A stretch of DNA of 64,000 nucleotides, from the IMG/VR virus record IMGVR_UViG_3300027896_005002, positions 251,488-315,487 of that record. One strand, written 5' to 3'. The notes below the pieces were generated by a model. That model was not told the origin of the DNA. It was given only the letters and a program-made list of their open reading frames with translations, and did not search any database. Below are positions 55,803 through 64,000 of the stretch, one piece after another (the stretch's first letter is position 1; every line of letters starts with the position of its first letter). The position numbers and the translations under genes are program-made. The DNA comes from a virus.

Positions 55803-56365
55803 TATAACATTTTATTTTTACAGAAAAATTGTATAAAAGAAACATATTTTGACAAAAGAAGAGTTTTCATGTCATGATGAGTCATTGAAATAAATTCATC
55901 AGCAGGCATTATTATTCTTTCAATTTTCTCACCTTCTTCTTCAAGTCCAAAAATTGTCCCATCCTTTAATTGATTTTGTTCAATAATTACATAAGCTAAA
56001 TATGCACATGATGTCAGTATACCTGGTGCTGCTGCAACCGGCTGTCCATTATTTAGTAAATTGACTTGTTCTATTGTAACAGAAGCTTTAATTTCTTCCC
56101 ATAATTCTTTTACAATTAATTCTTTCACACCTATTTTGGTATCAAATAAACCAGCAGGCACTTCGACTAAAAGTGGCGTTCCTGATGATATTTTTTCTCT
56201 CAAAGCTGTCCGTTCTTGTTTTACTAAAACAACACTATCTCGATCCCTTAAATAAACCAAAACAGCCACACAATCAGGTACTTCTACTACTTCTTTACCT
56301 GATATATCTATAAATACCTTTGAGAATCCAGAATGTAGCATTTTTTTAACATATTCATTTTTCAT
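55802..56365 (-). CDS. Nudix hydrolase, ADP-ribose pyrophosphatase-like (degenerate Nudix box)
   Basis: LLVEVPAGLFDTKIGVKELIVKELWEEIKA resembles the NudF region ...AGxLDxGE....A.RELxEExG; the final Gly of the box is not conserved. Confidence 0.45.
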   Translation of the reverse strand: MKNEYVKKMLHSGFSKVFIDISGKEVVEVPDCVAVLVYLRDRDSVVLVKQERTALREKISSGTPLLVEVPAGLFDTKIGVKELIVKELWEEIKASVTIEQVNLLNNGQPVAAAPGILTSCAYLAYVIIEQNQLKDGTIFGLEEEGEKIERIIMPADEFISMTHHDMKTLLLSKYVSFIQFFCKNKML

Positions 56366-56533
56366 TATGCTTCCTTATTTTAAAATAAATTAAATCCACT
56401 TCATCTTGTTTTAAAACAACACCTCTAAGACAAGTTGGACACATTCCAAATTGAGGATCACATTCTTTCAAAGGTACCAATCCACAACAAATACAAGTAT
56501 TGTTAGATAAATTATTATCAACAACTTGCATAT

Positions 56534-56869
56534 TCATTTACATAATCCAGCTTCATGTAGTATTTGTTTATGAGCTACAGAAATATATGGCTTTAAATAA
56601 CCGGCCTTTAAATTTCCAGATGTAGTCAACCTAATTACTAAAAGTGTTCCACAATATACACACCAATAATTTGTCGAAGACAATTTAAACCATTCATGTT
56701 TTTTATGTTGTAAATCTCGTATATTGGTAGGATTAAAAAAAGTTTGAAAAAAATCGTTGTTTATTTGATACTTATAATAAACAACACCACAATATTGACA
56801 CCATTGAAAGGTAGTATTTTCAATTTTATTAAATCGATGTTTACACACCTTCGACTTCATTTTGTTCAA
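56534..56869 (-). CDS. Hypothetical zinc-ribbon protein
   Basis: 111 aa with two CxxC pairs. Confidence 0.3.
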   Translation of the reverse strand: MNKMKSKVCKHRFNKIENTTFQWCQYCGVVYYKYQINNDFFQTFFNPTNIRDLQHKKHEWFKLSSTNYWCVYCGTLLVIRLTTSGNLKAGYLKPYISVAHKQILHEAGLCK

Positions 56870-58127
56870 ATTGTTCTTTAAAAGTTATTGCATAATCTTT
56901 AAGTGAAGTATTAAACATTGCCTTCATCAGTTTCTTACCTGTCATATAATCATGGATTGCAACTTTTTGTTCCTCGGGTAATTTTCTATCACTGTTCTTC
57001 CAAAAAAATCTATTCATTGATACTTTTACCCAACCTTTATCATCCAAAGTAATTTGGCCATCATCAGTTTTAAATCCAAACTTCTTACATAAATCATCTG
57101 CAAAATATCTGTGATTTAAATTAGAACAACCATAAAAGTGACCATCAAGATCTATATAACCCGATTGCCATTTTGTCTTTCTTATATCTTCACTGTTAAT
57201 GGTCTCTCTTTTACTATCCATCATCATGTTTTTGACAAAATTTTCAACACCTAAATCAACACCAGAAAGCCCCATTACATCAGCTAAAGTTTTTTCAATA
57301 GATAATCGTGACAATAAAGCAGTACTTGACATATCTGACTGCTGTGCAAATTGTACAAGTTGTACAAGTTGATCATGGTCGTCTTCTATTGAACACAAAT
57401 TCCTAATTTCATGATCACTATAAATATACACATGATCAGGACCATACTTTCTGTCAAAATACACTTTTACAGGCATTAGATAAGAAATAATATTTTCATA
57501 AGCTGAATAACATTTTTGAAGAGAACTAATGCTGTCTTTGTCTTTGCCAGTAGGTCCTTCACGTAAAGGAATTTCATCTGTAGGCAGCATGTCTAATGAT
57601 ATTTCAACTGCAAATTGATTTGAAATGTTCCTAATATCTAACCAATATTTATTTACTTCTTTGCGAATAGAATTCTCTGTTTTGTTTTCTTCAACTGCTC
57701 TTATCCATAAATATGCATTACTTTGACAACCTTCAAAGGTAGAAGGAAATCGTCGATATAATTGAAATTGTCGCAAATACAATTCAGATACAAATAATTT
57801 TGTTTTTTTCAATAACACAACATCTTTCCAGCTATCTAATAGCGGAAAAGATTTATGATTGTCTTTACCACTTTGATCAGGGTCCCAATAATGACGATTA
57901 TCTTTTACAATATCAAATCCATCAGGTGCAGCCCAACCTGTAAATTTTTTCTTACCTGAAACTATTGGAATAAAATAATCATTCAAACTTTTAAGAGAGA
58001 TATGATCAGGAAATGTATCAATCCATACTTTAATGGCTTTAACTTCATTTCCTTCAACCCATAAATGCCGTAACATCCATGTAAACCATTTACCTTCAAC
58101 ATTAAACTGAACTTTAATTGTCGCCAT
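56841..58127 (-). CDS. Hypothetical protein (428 aa) between Nudix and ligase genes
   Basis: No family recognised by eye. Confidence 0.3.
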   Translation of the reverse strand: MATIKVQFNVEGKWFTWMLRHLWVEGNEVKAIKVWIDTFPDHISLKSLNDYFIPIVSGKKKFTGWAAPDGFDIVKDNRHYWDPDQSGKDNHKSFPLLDSWKDVVLLKKTKLFVSELYLRQFQLYRRFPSTFEGCQSNAYLWIRAVEENKTENSIRKEVNKYWLDIRNISNQFAVEISLDMLPTDEIPLREGPTGKDKDSISSLQKCYSAYENIISYLMPVKVYFDRKYGPDHVYIYSDHEIRNLCSIEDDHDQLVQLVQFAQQSDMSSTALLSRLSIEKTLADVMGLSGVDLGVENFVKNMMMDSKRETINSEDIRKTKWQSGYIDLDGHFYGCSNLNHRYFADDLCKKFGFKTDDGQITLDDKGWVKVSMNRFFWKNSDRKLPEEQKVAIHDYMTGKKLMKAMFNTSLKDYAITFKEQFEQNEVEGV

Positions 58128-58592
58128 TAGTTCCTTTCAATACGGCTTTGTTATCTGCAATATAACTAACCATCTTTCGGTTGTACAGGAAGCGTCTGCC
58201 GTATTTAACCTGTTTTAATTATTTTCCTTTTTCCAGCTCGACCACTCTTTTTTGAAAAAAGACTGAGATAAATTTGAACAATTTTTAGATCCTCTTTTGA
58301 TCCTTGACATTTTTTAATTTTATCTATAGCAATTTCTGCTTTGTATTTCAATTTTTCTAAAGTATTCACAATATTTCTTTCCAAGACTTTCTTCGATGAG
58401 CCTCTCTATACGAAGTAATTGCTTTTTTACATTCATCATTAGATTGATAAGTCCAATGCCACAACTTTAACTCGTTTCCTTCATCTTCCTTAGTAATAAA
58501 ACAATCAATCCAAAACCACAAAAACTTAACCTGTAACTTATATCTTACTGGCAATGAATCACTAAACAAAATTTTAAAATTCATATTTCTCC

Positions 58593-58979
58593 TTAGTAGC
58601 AATTAGTAGCAAATATTTTTGTAATATCATCAAAATATTTGATAATTTCAGAAGGTAATAATCCGCATTCAACAGCTCGTTTACCGTTTCTGGCAATTCG
58701 AAAAATTTCAGCATCTTTATCAATAAAGAAACGTTTTCTTTTTTTAGATTTAGATTTTGAATGTTCTTGCGAATCTATAAAATCAGCAACTTGTCGTAAA
58801 CAATTTGGTCTCCAAAATGTTAAATCATCACTAATAAGACATAATAATTTCCGGCGACCAACTCGTTCTTTATGTATATGTCCAATTCCTCCTCCAGAAT
58901 AACCTGTAACTGGAAATCCTTTTGCATCAATTCCAATTTTTAATTTTTTCATCTTAGTCCACCATTGCCCAAAATTCAT
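58593..58979 (-). CDS. Hypothetical basic protein
   Basis: 128 aa ORF overlapping the ligA start by 26 nt. Confidence 0.25.
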   Translation of the reverse strand: MNFGQWWTKMKKLKIGIDAKGFPVTGYSGGGIGHIHKERVGRRKLLCLISDDLTFWRPNCLRQVADFIDSQEHSKSKSKKRKRFFIDKDAEIFRIARNGKRAVECGLLPSEIIKYFDDITKIFATNCY

Positions 58980-60924
58980 CTTCTGATATCATTTTAATTC
59001 CAAGTGTTTGTGCCTTTGCTATCTTATTGCTATTGGATTTTATAGCCACAAGAAAATTCAAATCCTTATTCACTCGACTTATTGTTCCTCCATGAGCCTG
59101 TACCAATTCATACCATTCTTCTCGTTTATATGGCTTATTGGTCTTTGGATTTACCTTTGAAAAAGCACCAGTAACCTGAAATGATTTTCCTTGTAATTTA
59201 TTGGATTCAGTTTTTACAGCTTGAGCTTTCCTAATCTTAATTCCACTTGCCATCAATTTTTCAATAAGTGGTTGTCGTTGTTCCAGTCCTTCAACGATTT
59301 CTTTCGCTCTTGATGAACCAATTCCAGAAATCTTGGCTAAATCATCAACTGTAACCTCTTCCATTAATGTTCCTAAATCATATTCATCAGCTATCAATTC
59401 AGCCATAGTTTCACCAAGAGAAGGAATTGCCAAAGCACATAAAAAAGTTACAAGATCCATTTCTTTACATCTATCCAATCCATCGGTAATTTTCTTTGCT
59501 GATTTTTCTCCCATTCGATCTAAACCAGCGATATTATTCGCCGTAAGAATAAAGAAATCTGCAGGATCCTTAATAATATTCTTATCAAACAATTGTTGAA
59601 TTGTACTTTCACCCAAACTATCCATACCCATCCGCTTTTTAAGTACATCAACAAAATGCCTTATTTTTCGAAATTCTTTTCCTTCACATTCATTACTTGT
59701 GCATATGAGACTTACACCTTCGGAACCATCATCCTTTTTTACCTTAGTAACCGGTCCATGACACATCGGACATTCGGTAGGAATTTTATACGGCTTACCA
59801 GCAGACTGTATAACCTCCGTAACTTTTGGAATTATTTCACCTGCTTTAATCACCAATATTGTATCACCAATACCAACCTTCAATCTTTCAATTTCATCGA
59901 AATTATGAAGCGATGCAGCTTTTACCATCGATCCATCAATATTCACAGGTTCAATTACTGCATTTGGTGTTATAACTCCTGTTCGACCAACTGTTAAAAT
60001 AATATCTCTAAGAGTAGTTGCGACGCCTCTTGCATCAAATTTAAAGGCAATTTGTGCTTTTGGGTCACCACCAGGATGAAGTCCAAGATCTTTTTGTTTT
60101 TGAATACTATTAAGTTTTATCACCAAACCATCAATATTATATGGCAATTTTTCTCTATCTGATGTCGTATATTGTTCTCGAACTCTGATGACTTCCTGAG
60201 GGGAAATTAATTTATAATTAGCAGTTACCATTTTTAAAGTATGTGACAAATAATCCATTTTTTCTGTTTCAAAACTAAATGTCACATCATCCGAAACTAT
60301 ATCATAAACTACAATACAAAGCATCTCACAACCTTCGCCATCAAACCTTTTACAAATACCACTTGCCGCATTTCTAGGATTTGCATATTTTTTATCAGTG
60401 GTTTGTAATGCGTTGATTGTTTCAAAATCCTTCTTTAATAAAATAATTTCACCACGAACACTAGCCTTTATCTTCTCAGGAATATCCTTCTGAACATATT
60501 TCATTCTCAAAACATTAATGGTAATATCTTCACCGGTCCGACCATCACCGCGAGTTAATCCCTGAACTAATTTACCATTATCATAAATTAACTCCACTGA
60601 CAATCCATCAAATTTATCCTCGGTAACACAAACCCTTCCAACAACACCTGTCCTTTTACACCAATCATTAAATTCGGGAACTGACATCGCATTTTGAAGG
60701 GAAAACATTTTCATCAAATGAGGAGCTTTTTGCCAACCGGAATCTTTTGATGTAGGAGCACCGGTTTCTAATAATACTTGACTATTTGAATCTAACTGTC
60801 TTAATCTTTCCATTAAAGCATCAAAGGCCGCATCTGAAATCCTCGGTTGTTTATTATAATAAAGATATCGATGCAGCCTAATATCGCTTTCTAATCTGGC
60901 AATCTCTGGTTTGTTATTTTTCAT
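58954..60924 (-). CDS. ligA: NAD+-dependent DNA ligase
   Basis: Adenylation motif CVTEDKFDGLSVELIY (KxDG), GLTRGDGRTGEDIT, Zn-finger cysteines (CPMCHG...C), HhH region and C-terminal BRCT-like domain. Length 656 aa is typical of LigA. Confidence 0.85.
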   Translation of the reverse strand: MKNNKPEIARLESDIRLHRYLYYNKQPRISDAAFDALMERLRQLDSNSQVLLETGAPTSKDSGWQKAPHLMKMFSLQNAMSVPEFNDWCKRTGVVGRVCVTEDKFDGLSVELIYDNGKLVQGLTRGDGRTGEDITINVLRMKYVQKDIPEKIKASVRGEIILLKKDFETINALQTTDKKYANPRNAASGICKRFDGEGCEMLCIVVYDIVSDDVTFSFETEKMDYLSHTLKMVTANYKLISPQEVIRVREQYTTSDREKLPYNIDGLVIKLNSIQKQKDLGLHPGGDPKAQIAFKFDARGVATTLRDIILTVGRTGVITPNAVIEPVNIDGSMVKAASLHNFDEIERLKVGIGDTILVIKAGEIIPKVTEVIQSAGKPYKIPTECPMCHGPVTKVKKDDGSEGVSLICTSNECEGKEFRKIRHFVDVLKKRMGMDSLGESTIQQLFDKNIIKDPADFFILTANNIAGLDRMGEKSAKKITDGLDRCKEMDLVTFLCALAIPSLGETMAELIADEYDLGTLMEEVTVDDLAKISGIGSSRAKEIVEGLEQRQPLIEKLMASGIKIRKAQAVKTESNKLQGKSFQVTGAFSKVNPKTNKPYKREEWYELVQAHGGTISRVNKDLNFLVAIKSNSNKIAKAQTLGIKMISEDEFWAMVD

Positions 60925-60991
60925 ATTTCCTCCTATATAATATAGTCATCAAAAAAGGCGTAGATTTTGGGTTTAAATGTTAAAACGAAGA

Positions 60992-61234
60992 TTATTTTTG
61001 AGGCTTTTCTTTGACATTTTTCTTTGGATAAAAAGGATTATATTTAGCATTTATTTTGCCAATAATAATGCCGATCGCTAATCCTACTGCAAAAGTAAAA
61101 CTAAAAAGAACTAACATAAAATTTGAATGTACTGGTACAATCATATCTTGCATATTACTATATTCTATTTTAAAGACAATGAATAACCAGTCTTCTTTAA
61201 CATCAACTTTCAAACTAGAAAAGAGAGACGACAA
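60992..61234 (-). CDS. Small membrane protein
   Basis: 80 aa with a central hydrophobic helix (MLVLFSFTFAVGLAIGIIIG). Confidence 0.3.
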   Translation of the reverse strand: MSSLFSSLKVDVKEDWLFIVFKIEYSNMQDMIVPVHSNFMLVLFSFTFAVGLAIGIIIGKINAKYNPFYPKKNVKEKPQK

Positions 61235-61292
61235 CAGGAATTGAACCTGCGTAGGCAGTTTTGCAGACTGCCAACCACTCGGACACGCCGTC
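61226..61292 (-). tRNA. tRNA-like gene, class I shape, anticodon read as GCA (Cys); no encoded CCA
   Basis: Minus-strand GACGGCGTGTCCGAGTGGTTGGCAGTCTGCAAAACTGCCTACGCAGGTTCAATTCCTGTTGTCGTCT. T-arm GCAGG-TTCAATT-CCTGT; anticodon arm GCAGT-CUGCAAA-ACTGC (U33, A37); 7-bp acceptor with two G-U pairs. D-arm not resolved by eye. Confidence 0.5.
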
Positions 61293-61303
61293 TAAAATGA
61301 AGA

Positions 61304-61558
61304 CTAACTGAAGAACTTTCTTTCCTGTATCGTCAATCTAGAAATACCCTTATAATGACGCCTTGGATTGCCACAACAATACTGTGAACATCGTTTAGTA
61401 GTATTTCTCAAATATCTTGCTGCAATCTCTCGTTGTTTTCTAACATCTACAGAATAATAAAAATTTGACACTCTTTTACGACTCTTCTTAACACCAACAA
61501 GAAAATGATCCCTCTTGTTTTGAGGATGCGGCATAATGACTCCTTTTGTTAGCGCCAC
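61304..61558 (-). CDS. Small basic hypothetical protein between the two tRNA genes
   Basis: 84 aa, Arg/Lys-rich, with a C-terminal RCSQYCCGNPRRHYKG motif; higher GC at its 5' end. Weak resemblance to small zinc-binding ribosomal proteins; unassigned. Confidence 0.25.
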   Translation of the reverse strand: MALTKGVIMPHPQNKRDHFLVGVKKSRKRVSNFYYSVDVRKQREIAARYLRNTTKRCSQYCCGNPRRHYKGISRLTIQERKFFS

Positions 61559-61597
61559 TAAGTGCGCGTTCGTTTGGAAGCCATCATATCCTCCTTC

Positions 61598-62215
61598 TTA
61601 TAAAAGATCACTATAACTCAAATTTTTATTCTCATTACACAATTTCTTCAATCGATTTAACCACTGAAAAGTCTTTACTTTAAACATAAAAGGATGTTGT
61701 TGTTTGTGCTGACTCTTCATCTTACATACTACACCTTCAAATGTAATTCCAGCTAATTGGTTTGTACGTATTTGATTCTCAACCTCATGATTGAAATTAC
61801 CTTTATGCACAAGCTTCGGTATCCCGATATGACCATAAAGATCAATAAATTCATCTGGATTTATTATTCCACTCTTAAAAGGATTAACATCTATAAGAAC
61901 AATATTATGAGGTTCTTCTATATGAAATCCGGCAAAACTACTACCTCCATAAAATTCAAAAAATGCTACTACTCTATTATATCTTTGTTTCTCAAAAACT
62001 TTATTCATCTCTTCTTCATATTTCTCTTTTATAAGATCTTGCGCATCTATAATATAATCTTGATCTGTCCCAAGCAATCGTCTTCGACTACCAAATTTCC
62101 AAAAACCCTTCTTTCTTTCCCATTCAGCTCGAATATTTGATCCATCTAACTTATCAAAAGCATAAACATAAGATCCATATCTAAGAGTAGATGTTATTGA
62201 AATATACTGTTTCAT
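61598..62215 (-). CDS. RNA ligase 2-like nucleotidyltransferase (KxDGxN motif)
   Basis: YAFDKLDGSNIRAEW resembles Rnl2 motif I KIHGTN (PF09414-type ATP-dependent RNA ligases); 205 aa. Confidence 0.45.
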   Translation of the reverse strand: MKQYISITSTLRYGSYVYAFDKLDGSNIRAEWERKKGFWKFGSRRRLLGTDQDYIIDAQDLIKEKYEEEMNKVFEKQRYNRVVAFFEFYGGSSFAGFHIEEPHNIVLIDVNPFKSGIINPDEFIDLYGHIGIPKLVHKGNFNHEVENQIRTNQLAGITFEGVVCKMKSQHKQQHPFMFKVKTFQWLNRLKKLCNENKNLSYSDLL

Positions 62216-62331
62216 ACTCTTTTTCTTATTGATGGTCTTAAAGGATGTTTTTCTAACTCATCGCCTATAGTTTCATACTCTTTTTCTTATTGATGGTCTT
62301 AAAGGATGTTTTTCTAACTCATCGCCTATAG
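62210..62331. repeat. Perfect 61-bp tandem duplication (2 copies) covering the RBS and start codon of ORF 61598..62215
   Basis: tttcatactctttttcttattgatggtcttaaaggatgtttttctaactcatcgcctatag occurs at 62210..62270 and again at 62271..62331. Confidence 0.85.
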
Positions 62332-62489
62332 TTTCATAATAACAATCATCACACATAAAACCATTTAGTACTTTCTATTTTCCAGTAACCATTGATATCG
62401 GTACTTGACACTTGCAACACTTATCACCATCTATAGTTAAAGTACCTTTATCCATCATTTCCAAAAATTCTTGTAATGTATATGACATT

Positions 62490-62834
62490 TTACCCTAACT
62501 CGTTTGGTACAACGCAACAATATTTTTGTCGTTCTTCTTTAAATTTTTCCCATTGCTGATTTAAATATACAAGTTTTGACTTATCATCAATTTTTGGCAC
62601 TAATTCAATTTCTTTTAATGGTATTACAGTACCATATTGTTTCATATTAGGTTGTAAATTTCCAATATTATAATGATATTCTATATCTAAAAAATTACCA
62701 CCAAATTTATGTCTACTAATTATGAATCCTATATCAATTTTATTATAAATACCTATTTTGGCCCAACGAGCATAAATAAAATAAAGACAACCATCTTTAC
62801 AATCATCTATTTCTATCATTGATAAACATATCAT
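62490..62834 (-). CDS. Hypothetical protein
   Basis: 114 aa ORF. Confidence 0.3.
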   Translation of the reverse strand: MICLSMIEIDDCKDGCLYFIYARWAKIGIYNKIDIGFIISRHKFGGNFLDIEYHYNIGNLQPNMKQYGTVIPLKEIELVPKIDDKSKLVYLNQQWEKFKEERQKYCCVVPNELG

Positions 62835-62857
62835 ATTTGTCTCAATTACAACTTAAA

Positions 62858-62948
62858 TGGAGACGGCGGTGGGATTTGAACCCACGTTGGAGCTTTCGCT
62901 CAGCAGTTTTGCAGACTGCGATCTTCGACCAACTCGATCCACGCCGTC
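62858..62948 (-). tRNA. tRNA gene with long variable arm (class II shape), encoded CCA, anticodon read as GCA
   Basis: Minus-strand GACGGCGTGGATCGAGTTGGTCGAAGATCGCAGTCTGCAAAACTGCTGAGCGAAAGCTCCAACGTGGGTTCAAATCCCACCGCCGTCTCCA. Perfect 7-bp acceptor, T-arm GTGGG-TTCAAAT-CCCAC, V-arm GAGC-GAAA-GCTC, and the same anticodon arm as the other tRNA. Confidence 0.6.
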
Positions 62949-62949
62949 A

Positions 62950-64000
62950 TTAAGTATTTTCTCTAATAAAACGCCTAACCTGAGTATGAGACACATTCCA
63001 TAAATTAGCAAGTTTTGAAATAGATCCCCATTTTTTTAAATCTATATTTTGTAAGTCTTGTAATCTTTGATTATGAATCTTAAATGATTTCACTTTATTC
63101 AATACAATAATAAGTTTTTCTATTTGCTTTTTTGTTTTTCGTTTTATTTGTTTTGTTGTTGTTATACTTTCTTTCTTTTGATTTATGTTTTCTTTTTTTC
63201 GATTATTTAATAGTAATAATTTGTTTTGCAATTTTTCATTAAAACTACAAACAGTTCTTTTTTTAAGTACTTCTAAAACTTCATTCAATACACTTTTAGA
63301 CTCATTACAAACAACTTTCCATGGTAATCTTATTACTTCAACACCCAAATTATTAAGCAATTCATCTTTTCGTTTATCAATTTCTTTTTGATGATTATAT
63401 CTATAATGTTGTGATCCATCAATTTCAATTGCTACATTTAAATTTTGAAAAAAGAAATCAATTCTATAAAAAGACACTCTATACTCACGAATATAATCTT
63501 TATTTAATTTATAACCTGATGTTTGTAAAAAATTATTGAAAAATTTTTCTGCAAATGACTCGTGAAATTGTCGTTTGCACATTCTACCTTCTTTATGACT
63601 TCTTTTAATAACATCAGACATATTTCTTTTTTCACAATTTTTTAATACATGATTTAAATCTCTCTTTGTAAAACCATTTTGTTGCCTAATAATTTTTATC
63701 GGCACATTATCATAATAAAGTGATTTTATTTTTTTAATATTTTCAGTTGTTAAATGACATTTTTCAATATGCATTACAAAAATATTTGCAGGAAATGAAT
63801 GATTACACTTATCACAAATATACAATCCATTTGTGGATTTATATTGTGTAAAGTCGACTTTTTTATATTTTCTTATTCGTCTTAATCTTCTTGGACCTAA
63901 ACCATTGCATGAATTATAATGTATCTTATATACTTTACTGCTTATAAAATTTCCACACTTAGAACATAAAATTTCTTTAAGTTTTTTTATTTTTGGACCA
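62950..64000 (-). CDS. DUF559 / Vsr-like PD-(D/E)xK endonuclease-domain protein with C-terminal HTH and N-terminal tandem Cys/His zinc-finger-like repeats (N-terminus beyond window)
   Basis: YRVSFYRIDFFFQNLNVAIEIDGSQHY...DELLNNLGVEVIRLPW matches the DUF559 core (IEIDG..H ... G..V.R). C-terminal HTH WGSISKLANLWNVSHTQVRRFIREN. The reading frame stays open from 63826 to the window end, encoding the repeats ILCSKCGNFISSKVYKIHYNSC / LYICDKCNHSFPANIFVMHIEKC. Confidence 0.45.
   Translation of the reverse strand, partial: GPKIKKLKEILCSKCGNFISSKVYKIHYNSCNGLGPRRLRRIRKYKKVDFTQYKSTNGLYICDKCNHSFPANIFVMHIEKCHLTTENIKKIKSLYYDNVPIKIIRQQNGFTKRDLNHVLKNCEKRNMSDVIKRSHKEGRMCKRQFHESFAEKFFNNFLQTSGYKLNKDYIREYRVSFYRIDFFFQNLNVAIEIDGSQHYRYNHQKEIDKRKDELLNNLGVEVIRLPWKVVCNESKSVLNEVLEVLKKRTVCSFNEKLQNKLLLLNNRKKENINQKKESITTTKQIKRKTKKQIEKLIIVLNKVKSFKIHNQRLQDLQNIDLKKWGSISKLANLWNVSHTQVRRFIRENT

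Noticed and set aside
61304-61558. Assignment of the 84-aa basic ORF as a ribosomal-protein S14-like zinc protein
   Set aside because: Only a short C-terminal pattern (RC..CCGNPRRHYKG..R...QE) loosely resembles S14; too weak to call without an HMM search.
62210-62331. CRISPR array or minisatellite
   Set aside because: Only two perfect copies with no spacers; it is a simple tandem duplication. Likewise the 15-bp repeat at 26782..26826 has only about 2.3 copies.
61226-62948. Prophage attachment site at the tRNA genes
   Set aside because: No integrase/recombinase gene or flanking direct repeats matching the tRNA 3' ends were seen in the window. The tRNAs sit within phage-like genes on both sides.
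1-64000. Stop-codon reassignment (TAG or TGA recoding), as seen in some large gut phages
   Set aside because: All large conserved genes (dnaE parts, ligA, nadE, primase, helicase) are intact as long standard-code ORFs. No in-frame stops were needed to reconstruct any recognised domain.

Overview
AT-rich window (about 30% GC by eye) with the gene content of a large virulent bacteriophage's replication, nucleotide-metabolism and auxiliary-gene region. Nearly every gene is on the minus strand; only a three-gene islet at 36912..38675 is on the plus strand. The six-frame ORF track calls alternative starts as M (for example GTG at 13123). Long ORFs are intact in the standard genetic code. No capsid, portal, terminase or integrase could be recognised.

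Recognisable content:
- Replication and repair: a DnaE-type (Pol III alpha) polymerase gene split into two ORFs by a five-gene insertion, DnaG primase, DinG/XPD-like Fe-S helicase, flap endonuclease, NAD-dependent DNA ligase, PolX-PHP polymerase, family-1 uracil-DNA glycosylase and an Ogg2-like DNA glycosylase.
- DNA hypermodification (T4-style): a dCMP hydroxymethylase (gp42-like), a T4 beta-glucosyltransferase-like protein, a MazG-like NTP pyrophosphatase and a second ThyA-fold enzyme cut by the window start.
- RNA repair: an Rnl1-like and an Rnl2-like RNA ligase, a P-loop kinase and two tRNA genes.
- Host-like transcription and chaperone genes: a sigma-70-family factor, a NusG-like antiterminator, HU and GroES.
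- An NAD+ salvage cluster: nicotinamidase-like hydrolase, nicotinate phosphoribosyltransferase (PncB), glutamine-dependent NAD synthetase (NadE) and a Nudix ADP-ribose pyrophosphatase-like protein, next to an ABC importer with an OmpA-fused binding protein and an outer-membrane barrel.
- A TerY-P-like signalling triad: vWA domain protein, eukaryotic-like Ser/Thr kinase and PP2C phosphatase.
- Mobile nucleases: a GIY-YIG homing endonuclease, an HNH endonuclease and a DUF559-like endonuclease.
- Other domain proteins: a macro-domain protein and a LemA-family protein.

The two most unusual candidates are the phage-borne NAD+ salvage route (possible counter to NAD-depleting host immunity) and the kinase/phosphatase/vWA triad. 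Several higher-GC islands (about 40-45% by eye) point to horizontal acquisitions. All family assignments rest on motif recognition by eye and need HMM or BLAST confirmation.
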